A stretch of DNA of 64,000 nucleotides from Flavobacteriaceae bacterium (lineage in GTDB: Bacteria > Bacteroidota > Bacteroidia > Flavobacteriales > Flavobacteriaceae): the NCBI GenBank assembly GCA_013001965.1, contig JABDLA010000135.1, positions 1,823-65,822 of the forward strand. The letters run 5' to 3'. The translations under genes were made by a program, and so were the position numbers. The number at the start of each line of letters is the position of its first letter. Within the stretch, counting starts at the first letter, position 1. Below the pieces are notes generated by a model. The model searched no databases and was not told where the DNA came from. It was given only the letters and a program-made list of their open reading frames with translations. Of the stretch, positions 1-9,477 are shown piece by piece.

Positions 1-17
1 CAAAATAAATGTATGAG

Positions 18-45
18 AACCCGGAATTTACTTCCGGGTTTTTTC
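18..45 (+). terminator. Rho-independent terminator of an upstream gene outside the window
   Basis: Perfect 9-bp stem AACCCGGAA/TTCCGGGTT with a 5-nt loop, followed by a T-run. Confidence 0.75.
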
Positions 46-138
46 ATTTTAATGATAGCCATTTTTAATTCGAAAAAAAGGATTCAAAATTCAATGAATA
101 TTTGATGGTATTTATGCTTTATTTTTAATTAAAAAATA

Positions 139-146
139 TATCTTTG
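139..146 (+). promoter_or_regulatory. Bacteroidetes-type -7 promoter box (TATCTTTG) for atpDC
   Basis: Matches TAnnTTTG, about 60 nt upstream of the atpD ATG. Confidence 0.45.
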
Positions 147-178
147 CAGCCAGAAAAACGAACGGTTTTTTCGATTAA

Positions 179-1717
<1,539 letters not shown>

Positions 1718-1736
1718 TATTTAAAAAAAACAACCT

Positions 1737-2012
1737 ATGTTTTTAGAGATTGTAACACCGGAAGCCACCTTATTCAAAGGAGAAGTTACAAGTGTAGCTG
1801 TTCCCGGGGTCAATGGTGAGTTTGAAATGCTAAAAGATCATGCGCCTATAGTTTCCCTGTTGAAAGAAGGTCATGTTAAGTTATACGGTGATATTCAACT
1901 TGAAGAAGAAGTAGAAGATCGCTTTACCAAAGAAGACCGAGGTGTATGGCTGGCCATAAATTCAGGAACGATCGAATTAAAGGATAATAAAGTAATTGTC
2001 TTAGCGGACTAA
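1737..2012 (+). CDS. atpC: F0F1 ATP synthase subunit epsilon (short form, beta-sandwich only)
   Basis: 91 aa, starts 20 nt after atpD. The N-terminal LEIVTPE...F.G.V..V..PG..GEF..L..HAP pattern is typical of epsilon. Confidence 0.9.
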   Translation: MFLEIVTPEATLFKGEVTSVAVPGVNGEFEMLKDHAPIVSLLKEGHVKLYGDIQLEEEVEDRFTKEDRGVWLAINSGTIELKDNKVIVLAD

Positions 2013-2033
2013 TTTCATAATAAGAACATTCTG

Positions 2034-2062
2034 AAACGCGAAACTTAGGTTTCGCGTTTTTT
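2034..2062. terminator. Bidirectional hairpin terminator between convergent atpC and the symporter gene
   Basis: Perfect 11-bp stem AAACGCGAAAC/GTTTCGCGTTT with loop TTAG, followed by a T-run. Confidence 0.8.
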
Positions 2063-2065
2063 TGT

Positions 2066-3877
2066 TTAAAGTACCTTCGCTTTGATCTTTTTCCATAAAC
2101 GAATTAAAATATATCCTGCTATTAGTGCTGTCAGTGAGAGCATCAATGCATTGGTATATTGCCCGTAGATAAAATAGCCTGTGGCGAACATGACGCTGTA
2201 GATCATCCCGCAGCCTACCAGCATGGCCTTTATTCCTGATGGTACGCTCCAGCCTTCATTATCATCTACAAGTTCAATATTGTCTTGTCTAGCTTCAGTA
2301 ACAATTTTATTCCAGCCGGGGCCTCCAGGTTGTATCCTGTGATAAAAATTTTGAAGTACTTCTTTGCGTTCGGCCCGGGTTAAAAAAGTTACCGTTACCC
2401 AAACAATTGTAGTCACTAAAACGATCATGGGAAACTTTGCCCAGCCAGGCATCAATCCTTCATCTCCAAAACAATAATCTCCAAAGGACGAGAAATTCAA
2501 TAGCACTGAAACGAATCCCGAAACAAACATCGCAGCAATTTCACTCCATGCATTGATACGCCACCAAAACCATCTTAAGATAAAAATCAGGCCGGTCCCT
2601 GCTCCAAACATGAGGATAATGTCAAATAACTGAAGGGCATTGGTGAGTACTAATGCCAAAAGGGCACTAAATATCATAAGGACCACAGTTGAAATTCTAC
2701 CAACGGCCACAAGCTCCTTTTCAGAGGCGTCCTTTTTGATCTGTTGTTTGTAAAAGTCGTTCACAATATAGGAGGACCCCCAATTCAAATGGGTTGATAT
2801 CGTACTCATGTAGGCTGCGACAAGAGAGGCTAAAACCAATCCCAACAACCCATGAGGCAGTTTGGTGAGCATGGCCGAATAGGCCAGATCATGACCCAAT
2901 TTATCAGCGGTAACATTAGGAAATGTTTCCTGTATACTCGCCAGGTCGGGAAACATTACTAAGGAAGCCAGTGCCACAATGATCCATGGCCATGGACGGA
3001 GTGCATAATGCATAATATTGAAAAAGAAGGTCGCTCCAATGGCGTGATTTTCATTTTTCGCGGCCAGCATCCGTTGCGCAATATAGCCACCTCCTCCAGG
3101 TTCGGCCCCAGGGTACCAGGAACTCCACCATTGTACAGCAAGTGGAATGATGAGCAGAGTTATCAAGGCTTCTTTATTACTGAAATCCGGCAGAATATTT
3201 AATTTGTCTGCCACATTCTCGTGTTGCAATAGTGCTTCCAATCCGCCTACTTCCGGTAGTCCCACAACATAATATGCGGCTCCAATGGCTCCTGCCATTG
3301 CGGTAAAAAAGAGAATGAAATCGGTATAGATTACCCCTTTAAATCCACCCAATGCGCTAAAAATAACCGTGATCACACCGGCGTATACAACGGTTTCCCA
3401 GGGCTGTAAACCCAACATGACGCTGCCTATTTTGATGGCTGCCAAAGTCACAGCCGACATGGCTAAAATGTTGAATATGATTCCTAAATAAATTGCCCGG
3501 AATCCTCTTAAGAATTTTGCCGCCCCGCCGCCATATCGCAGTTCATAAAACTCAATATCGGTATTGACCTTTGACTTTCGCCAGAGTTTCGCATATACAA
3601 ATACCGTTAGTAGGCCGGTAATCAAAAAGGCCCACCACACCCAATTTCCGGATACGCCGTTATTACGTACAATGTCGGTTACAAGATTGGGCGTATCGGT
3701 AGAAAATGTAGTTGCCACCATCGAAACACCTAGGAGCCACCATGGCATATTTCGTCCGGACAGGAAATATTCGGCAGAACTTTTTCCTGATTGTTTGGAA
3801 ACATAGATCCCGATAAATAAAGTGATTGCAAAAAAAGCGAAAATGAGTATAAGATCGAAGGTCGACAGATCTATCAT
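2066..3877 (-). CDS. Sodium:solute symporter (SSF) family transporter
   Basis: 603 aa and polytopic. The N-terminal block (AEYFLSGRNMPWW..G.S..AT.FS.DTP) and overall layout are typical of SSF. Confidence 0.85.
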   Translation of the reverse strand: MIDLSTFDLILIFAFFAITLFIGIYVSKQSGKSSAEYFLSGRNMPWWLLGVSMVATTFSTDTPNLVTDIVRNNGVSGNWVWWAFLITGLLTVFVYAKLWRKSKVNTDIEFYELRYGGGAAKFLRGFRAIYLGIIFNILAMSAVTLAAIKIGSVMLGLQPWETVVYAGVITVIFSALGGFKGVIYTDFILFFTAMAGAIGAAYYVVGLPEVGGLEALLQHENVADKLNILPDFSNKEALITLLIIPLAVQWWSSWYPGAEPGGGGYIAQRMLAAKNENHAIGATFFFNIMHYALRPWPWIIVALASLVMFPDLASIQETFPNVTADKLGHDLAYSAMLTKLPHGLLGLVLASLVAAYMSTISTHLNWGSSYIVNDFYKQQIKKDASEKELVAVGRISTVVLMIFSALLALVLTNALQLFDIILMFGAGTGLIFILRWFWWRINAWSEIAAMFVSGFVSVLLNFSSFGDYCFGDEGLMPGWAKFPMIVLVTTIVWVTVTFLTRAERKEVLQNFYHRIQPGGPGWNKIVTEARQDNIELVDDNEGWSVPSGIKAMLVGCGMIYSVMFATGYFIYGQYTNALMLSLTALIAGYILIRLWKKIKAKVL

Positions 3878-3901
3878 TGTAAAGTGTTATTTTTTGATGT
3901 T

Positions 3902-4444
3902 CTAATTCAAACGCCAAAACAGGATTTCCCAATCGTGTTCATTAGAGCGATATGAATATAAGATTTTAAATCCAATTGCATAATGCGCATTTAATGATCT
4001 TATATTGGATTTATCCACCTGGGTAATAATGAGATCAAATTGTGATTTAAGTACCAATTTCATCTGTTGATATAAGCCTCTAAAGATCCCTTGTTTCCGA
4101 TAGGCTTTATCAATACATACCTGACCCATTATGATGTATGAGATTGTTTTTTCAATTTTTTTTTCGATCTGCCCGAACATGGATTTAAGAACCTCAATAT
4201 CGTTTTTGAAAGACCGATCCATACAGAGCGTATAGCCTATAACTTTATCGGAATGTTTGGCAATGATATGAGGGCATTTGTCATTCATGGCCTTTAATAT
4301 ATCATAGTCATGATGAACGGTTACGAAGCCTTCGCTTTGCTTTTCTTCATTGGAAATTTCTGTTGGTAAATTTATGCGCTGGAGGTTTAGGATTTGATTC
4401 AACTCTTCAGCCGTTTCTGCCCTTTTATAAATAATAGCGCTCAT
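3902..4444 (-). CDS. GNAT family N-acetyltransferase
   Basis: 180 aa with the acetyl-CoA motif A-like block CIDKAYRKQGIFRGLY. Its start overlaps the upstream stop as ATGA. Confidence 0.8.
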   Translation of the reverse strand: MSAIIYKRAETAEELNQILNLQRINLPTEISNEEKQSEGFVTVHHDYDILKAMNDKCPHIIAKHSDKVIGYTLCMDRSFKNDIEVLKSMFGQIEKKIEKTISYIIMGQVCIDKAYRKQGIFRGLYQQMKLVLKSQFDLIITQVDKSNIRSLNAHYAIGFKILYSYRSNEHDWEILFWRLN

Positions 4445-5223
4445 AATTCAAGATGATTCAGCTGCTTAATGGATTTCAGTTCGACCTTCAAGTCCTGGAA
4501 CATAGTAACGATACTGCTCAGCTTGAGTTCGTTCTCATCATACTCCTGTGTATTGATACAGCAGGTGAATTCCCAGAGTTCCAAAACATCTTTTATCTTC
4601 ACCCTATAGGGTGCGTACAGCTTATTATCGGAATGCAGTATAAGCGATTGTTCTTCTTCAATACGGTTATAGACGCGCTTATAGACCAGGCCGTCGTCTT
4701 TGGTCAATACGATATAAGTCCGCCCGTCTTTGAGCTCGTTAATATCTTCAATGTATTTAGCCACTACAAAGGCACCATCCTTTACGGGCAGCATGGAATC
4801 CCCTTTTATAGGAAAGGCGCGGTGTGTCCCTGTTGGGAGAAATGGCAGTTTTATCTTCTGAAGTTGCTCGATATACTCAGGATCGGCATAGCCCTGCAGA
4901 TAGCCCGCCGATGCTTTTGCCGGAATGATCTCTATAAGATCCTCATTGGCCTCATCAACGGTAATAGGAAATAATACCCGTTTATTGCCTACATCTATAA
5001 ATGAGGTGTCTTTTGCCAGCCTCAGGTCATTTTTGACCAGGATGTCTATAGGAATGTTGAAATAATTGGAGAGGTCGATCAATCGTTCGATCGATGGCTC
5101 CGACCGCCCTTCTTCATAAGAGCCTATGACAGAGCGTGTCCAGCCCAGCTCTTCTGCAAATTGCTCTTGTGAAAAGTTTTTCAAAACCCTTAAGTGCCGA
5201 ATATTTGCCTGTATTTTTCTCAT
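4441..5223 (-). CDS. HTH_XRE / S24 peptidase self-cleaving repressor (non-canonical LexA / CI type)
   Basis: N-terminal XRE HTH (LKNFSQEQFAEELGWTRSVIGSYEEGRSEPS). Candidate Ala-Gly cleavage site in KASAGY. Ser nucleophile in GDSM and Lys in VYKRV, with the spacing seen in LexA/CI. Confidence 0.85.
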   Translation of the reverse strand: MRKIQANIRHLRVLKNFSQEQFAEELGWTRSVIGSYEEGRSEPSIERLIDLSNYFNIPIDILVKNDLRLAKDTSFIDVGNKRVLFPITVDEANEDLIEIIPAKASAGYLQGYADPEYIEQLQKIKLPFLPTGTHRAFPIKGDSMLPVKDGAFVVAKYIEDINELKDGRTYIVLTKDDGLVYKRVYNRIEEEQSLILHSDNKLYAPYRVKIKDVLELWEFTCCINTQEYDENELKLSSIVTMFQDLKVELKSIKQLNHLEL

Positions 5224-5229
5224 TTGCTA

Positions 5230-5237
5230 CAAATATA
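5230..5237 (-). promoter_or_regulatory. -7 box (TATATTTG on the minus strand) for the repressor-GNAT operon
   Basis: Plus-strand CAAATATA only 7 nt from the ATG at 5223, which implies a very short or absent leader. Confidence 0.45.
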
Positions 5238-5246
5238 AGCAATCAC

Positions 5247-5263
5247 AACTACATATTGTAGTT
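5247..5263. promoter_or_regulatory. Candidate operator: perfect palindrome AACTACA-TAT-TGTAGTT
   Basis: 17-bp perfect inverted repeat lying exactly between the two divergent -7 boxes in the repressor/dnaE2 intergenic region. Confidence 0.55.
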
Positions 5264-5270
5264 AATTTTG
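5263..5270 (+). promoter_or_regulatory. -7 box (TAATTTTG) for the dnaE2-like/dinB operon
   Basis: Matches TAnnTTTG 13 nt upstream of the ATG at 5283 and abuts the palindrome. Confidence 0.45.
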
Positions 5271-5282
5271 TTAAATCTAAAG

Positions 5283-8258
5283 ATGTATATCAATTGTCAT
5301 ACATATTACAGTTTGCGTTATGGGACTATAAAGCCCGAGGCTTTGCTTGCCATAGCTTCTGAAAACGGCCTGCAGACACTGGCGCTAACTGACATTAACA
5401 ACACCTCAGCCTGCCTTGATTTTGTACGTTTATCATCAAAATACAAAATCAAGCCGGTCCTTGGTGTCGATTTTAGAAATGGCGCACAACAGCAATTCAT
5501 CGTGATTGCCAAGAACAATAAAGGCTTTCAGGAGATCAATGCTTATCTATCACAGTTTCTTCATCACCATGATCTCAAAATTCCTGAAGCCCCCAACCGG
5601 ACATTTGAAGATTGTTATGTCATCTATCCCTATCGGCATGATAAAACATACGTCCTCAAACCCAACGAGTTTCTGGGCATTAAGCCACAGGATCTCAACA
5701 AACTCAAGTTTTCAAAATGGAACAGCCATCGGGCGAAATTGGTCGTCCTGCAAACCGTGTCTTTTCAAAATAAGAAAGGCTTCAATACCCATCGCCTGTT
5801 ACGTGCTATCGACAATAATACGTTGCTGAGCAAGCTTCCTAAAAGCGAGCAGGGCCGGGAGACCGATGTCATGTTGCCCTATGACGATTTGTGCGACACC
5901 TACGAAGAATTCCCCGAACTCATCAAGAATACCAACCGCCTTCTCGAACATTGTTCCATCAGCTTCGATTTTTCACAAACCACACCCAACAACCAACGCT
6001 GCTATACCAATAATGAGATCTTAGATTACAAACTGCTGGAAAAATTAACCTATGAAGGATTGAATTACCGCTACAAGCATCCCGATAAAACCGTTTACGG
6101 CCGTATTGAAAAAGAACTGAATATCATTAAGGAAAAAGGCTTTGTCTCCTATTTTTTGATCAACTGGAGGATCTTAAAATATGCGCGCAGCAAAGGCTAT
6201 TTTTATGTGGGTCGTGGCAGTGGCGCCAATAGTATTGTTGCCTATTTACTGCGTATCACTGATGTTGACCCCGTAGAACTCGACCTCTATTTTGAACGCT
6301 TTATCAATCTCTACCGGAAGAATCCACCCGATTTCGATATTGATTTCTCATGGACAGACCGTGATGACATTACCGAATTCATTTTCAAGCGTTTTAAGCA
6401 TACCGCACTCATTACCGTTTACAACACCTTCAAATTCAGGGCTTCGGTTAGGGAATTGGGAAAGGTCTTTGGCTTGCCAAAAGCCGAAATGGATGTGCTC
6501 ACCAGAGGGAAATACAATTTTAAAAGTTTAGACAAGCTATCCCAACTGGTTTTGGTCTACAGTCAGTATATTCAGGGCTTTCCGAATTATTTGGGTATTC
6601 ATGCCGGCGGTATCATTATTTCTGAAAAACCCATTCATTATTATACGGCTACTTTCATGCCTCCAAAAGGCTTTGCAACCACACAGTTTGATATGGTAGC
6701 CGCAGAAGATATCGGCCTTTATAAGTTTGATATTTTGAGTCAGCGTGGCCTGGGAAAAATCAAAGAGACCGTCGATATCGTCGCTTATAACCATCCTGAA
6801 CAGTCGCCTATAGACATCCATGACATTAAGCGTTTTAAACAGGATCAACGCATCAAGGATCTTTTGAGAAACGCCAAAGCCATTGGTTGTTTTTATGTGG
6901 AATCCCCTGCCATGCGCATGCTGCTCAAAAAATTGCAGGTCGATAATTATTTGGGCCTGGTGGCGGCGAGTTCGGTCATTCGTCCCGGTGTTTCGAAATC
7001 GGGGATGATGCGTGAATATATCATGCGCTATCGCTATCCCGAAAGGAGAAATGACGCTCATCCCGTATTGCTTGATATCATGCCCGACACATACGGCGTT
7101 ATGGTCTATCAGGAAGATGTGATCAAGGTAGCTCATCATTTTGGTGGATTGAATTTAGGCGAAGCCGATATGTTGCGCCGTGGTATGTCGGGCAAGTTTC
7201 GCTCACGTGAAGAATTCCTTAAGGTGAAACAACAGTTCTTCGATAACTGTAAACGCGATGGCAAAGCCGATGATCTTACCAAAGAGGTTTGGCGGCAAAT
7301 TGAAAGTTTCGCAGGCTATGCTTTCGCTAAAGGGCATTCGGCTTCCTATGCTGTGGAAAGCTACCAAAGCCTTTTCTTAAAAGCATACTATCCGCTTGAA
7401 TATATGGTAGCCACCATCAATAATTTTGGTGGTTTTTACAGAACCGAGCTTTACGTCCATGAAGCCAGGATGCATGATGGCATCATAGAAGCACCATGCA
7501 TTAACAGCAGCTATAACCAAACCATTATTAAAGGAAAGACCATTTATCTGGGCTTTATGTTCCTGCATGCTTTTGAGACCAAGACCATTAAACGCATACT
7601 TACCGAGCGTGAAGACCACGGTCTATTTAAAAGCCTGGATGATTTTATTGAGCGTGTTCCCATATCTATAGAACAGATAGCCATTCTTATCAAGATCAAT
7701 GCCTTTCGGTTTACGGGCATTAATAAACGTGAACTGCTTTGGGAGGCCCACCTAAAGATCAGCAAGACCGTCATTCAGGAGCATGTCATTACCCTATTCA
7801 AAACCCGGCGGATCAATTATAAAACACCTCAATTGCTGAGTACTGCCCTGGAAAATGCCTTTGATGAGATCGAACTTTTGGGCTTCCCGTTGTGCAATCC
7901 CTTCAGCCTGTTATTAGAGCCTCCAAAAAATCGGCTAAAGGCCAAAGAGCTTTTGCAATACAAGAACAAGATCGTCACTGTTGAAGGCTATTTGGTTACC
8001 ACAAAAACCACAACGACCTCAAATAAAAAGATGATGCATTTTGGCACCTTTCTGGATCGTGATGGTGATTTTATAGATACTGTTCATTTTCCTCCGGTGG
8101 CTGCTAAATTTCCCTTCAGGGGGCGTGGTATCTATAAGATCCGTGGGCGCGTATTGGAAGAATTCGACTGTGTGAACATAGAAGTTATGGCCATGTACAG
8201 ACTTGCAATTATAGAAGACCCCAGATATGCCGAAGTTAAAAAACCACTAACAGCATGA
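5283..8258 (+). CDS. dnaE2: Error-prone DNA polymerase III alpha-like (DnaE2 type)
   Basis: About 991 aa. Degenerate PHP N-terminus (INCHTYYSLRYG), GRGSGANSIVAYLLRITDVDP, catalytic PDFDIDF, C-terminal OB region. I prefer the ATG at 5283 over the TTG at 5268. Confidence 0.85.
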   Translation: MYINCHTYYSLRYGTIKPEALLAIASENGLQTLALTDINNTSACLDFVRLSSKYKIKPVLGVDFRNGAQQQFIVIAKNNKGFQEINAYLSQFLHHHDLKIPEAPNRTFEDCYVIYPYRHDKTYVLKPNEFLGIKPQDLNKLKFSKWNSHRAKLVVLQTVSFQNKKGFNTHRLLRAIDNNTLLSKLPKSEQGRETDVMLPYDDLCDTYEEFPELIKNTNRLLEHCSISFDFSQTTPNNQRCYTNNEILDYKLLEKLTYEGLNYRYKHPDKTVYGRIEKELNIIKEKGFVSYFLINWRILKYARSKGYFYVGRGSGANSIVAYLLRITDVDPVELDLYFERFINLYRKNPPDFDIDFSWTDRDDITEFIFKRFKHTALITVYNTFKFRASVRELGKVFGLPKAEMDVLTRGKYNFKSLDKLSQLVLVYSQYIQGFPNYLGIHAGGIIISEKPIHYYTATFMPPKGFATTQFDMVAAEDIGLYKFDILSQRGLGKIKETVDIVAYNHPEQSPIDIHDIKRFKQDQRIKDLLRNAKAIGCFYVESPAMRMLLKKLQVDNYLGLVAASSVIRPGVSKSGMMREYIMRYRYPERRNDAHPVLLDIMPDTYGVMVYQEDVIKVAHHFGGLNLGEADMLRRGMSGKFRSREEFLKVKQQFFDNCKRDGKADDLTKEVWRQIESFAGYAFAKGHSASYAVESYQSLFLKAYYPLEYMVATINNFGGFYRTELYVHEARMHDGIIEAPCINSSYNQTIIKGKTIYLGFMFLHAFETKTIKRILTEREDHGLFKSLDDFIERVPISIEQIAILIKINAFRFTGINKRELLWEAHLKISKTVIQEHVITLFKTRRINYKTPQLLSTALENAFDEIELLGFPLCNPFSLLLEPPKNRLKAKELLQYKNKIVTVEGYLVTTKTTTTSNKKMMHFGTFLDRDGDFIDTVHFPPVAAKFPFRGRGIYKIRGRVLEEFDCVNIEVMAMYRLAIIEDPRYAEVKKPLTA

Positions 8259-9475
8259 TCTTTTCAAACAGAGCCATAGTGCATATGGACCTGGACACTT
8301 TTTTTGTGTCCTGCGAGCGTTTGTTGGATAGCAGGCTCATAGGAAAACCTGTGCTCATTGGCGGCACTTCCGATCGTGGTGTGGTAGCTTCATGCAGTTA
8401 TGAAGCCCGCACTTTTGGTATTCATTCGGCCATGCCCATGCGTATGGCCAAACAACTCTGTCCCGAAGCCATCATCTTAAGAGGAAACTCTGGCGTGTAT
8501 ACCAATTTTTCAAAGAATGTCACCGAGGTCATTAAAGAAAGTGTCCCGCTTTATGAAAAGTCGTCTATTGATGAGTTCTATATCGACCTTACAGGCATGG
8601 ATAAATTCTTTGGTTGTCATAAATTGGCTTCTGAGTTGCGTCAGCGCATCATTAAAGAAACCGGTTTGCCCATTTCCTTTGGATTGTCTATCAACAAAAC
8701 CGTTTCAAAAATCGCCACCGGCGAGGCCAAGCCTAACAACCAAATTCAAATCAGCAAAGGGACAGAAAAACCCTTTTTAGCACCTTTATCGGTGAAGAAG
8801 ATCCCCATGGTTGGCGAGGTCACTTACAAATCACTCTGTGACCTGGGCGTAAAACGCATTAAAACCGTTCAGGACATGCCTATGGAACTGATGCACAAAG
8901 TACTTGGGAAAAACGGCCTGAGCATCTGGAAAAAAGCCAATGGTATAGACAACAGCCCGGTCATGCAATACCACGAACGCAAATCGATCTCTACCGAACG
9001 CACCTTCGATAAAGACACCACCGATGTCCATAAGCTCAAAAGCATCGTCATGGCCATGACCGAAAATCTTGCCTATCAGTTACGGCGCGGTAATAAATTG
9101 ACAGCTTGTATTACCTTTAAGATCCGCTACTCCGATTTCCAAACCTATACCCAGCAGCAGCGTATTCCGTATAGCGCTATGGACCATAGTATTGTTCCTG
9201 TGGTTCTCAGCCTCTTTAAAAAACTCTATAACAGGCGGCTGTTGGTGAGGCTCGTTGGGGTGAAGTTCAGCCACCTGGTAGAAGGCGGCCACCAGGTCAA
9301 TTTATTTGAAGATGATGAAAAATATTTGAACCTCAGCCAGGCCATCGACAGGATGCGTGAGCGTTACGGCGATCGATCGGTCATCAATGCGGCTGGTATG
9401 GATGCCAAAAGCATCAGCCGATGGAATCCCTTTACAGGTGAACCGCCACCATTACTGGCGAATAGACGACGATAA
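8255..9475 (+). CDS. dinB: Y-family DNA polymerase IV
   Basis: 406 aa with catalytic motifs intact (HMDLDTFFVSCE, YEARTFGIHSAMP, SIDEFYIDLT, SKIATGEAKPNN). ATGA overlap with the dnaE2 stop. Confidence 0.88.
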   Translation: MIFSNRAIVHMDLDTFFVSCERLLDSRLIGKPVLIGGTSDRGVVASCSYEARTFGIHSAMPMRMAKQLCPEAIILRGNSGVYTNFSKNVTEVIKESVPLYEKSSIDEFYIDLTGMDKFFGCHKLASELRQRIIKETGLPISFGLSINKTVSKIATGEAKPNNQIQISKGTEKPFLAPLSVKKIPMVGEVTYKSLCDLGVKRIKTVQDMPMELMHKVLGKNGLSIWKKANGIDNSPVMQYHERKSISTERTFDKDTTDVHKLKSIVMAMTENLAYQLRRGNKLTACITFKIRYSDFQTYTQQQRIPYSAMDHSIVPVVLSLFKKLYNRRLLVRLVGVKFSHLVEGGHQVNLFEDDEKYLNLSQAIDRMRERYGDRSVINAAGMDAKSISRWNPFTGEPPPLLANRRR

Positions 9476-9477
9476 AA

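Noticed and set aside
4453-4974. 173-aa plus-strand ORF
   Set aside because: It lies entirely antisense to the well-supported HTH/S24 repressor gene, has no recognisable motifs, and is a typical shadow ORF.
3902-5223. Repressor + GNAT considered as a GNAT-toxin/antitoxin pair (TacT/AtaT style)
   Set aside because: The upstream partner is a 260-aa HTH_XRE/S24 self-cleaving repressor, not a small RHH-type antitoxin, and the locus also controls the divergent polymerase operon. TA identity is unsupported.
6537-7139. 200-aa minus-strand ORF inside the dnaE2-like gene
   Set aside because: It is antisense to a strongly conserved polymerase region and has low-complexity His/Arg-rich composition, so it is spurious.
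4441-9475. CI-like repressor considered as a prophage remnant or mobile element boundary
   Set aside because: There is no integrase, excisionase, Cro-like gene, structural phage gene, tRNA attachment site or flanking direct repeats in the neighbourhood.
8255-9475. Y-family gene considered as ImuB
   Set aside because: The catalytic carboxylate motifs are intact and the gene lies downstream of dnaE2, so DinB is the better call. Phylogeny is still needed.
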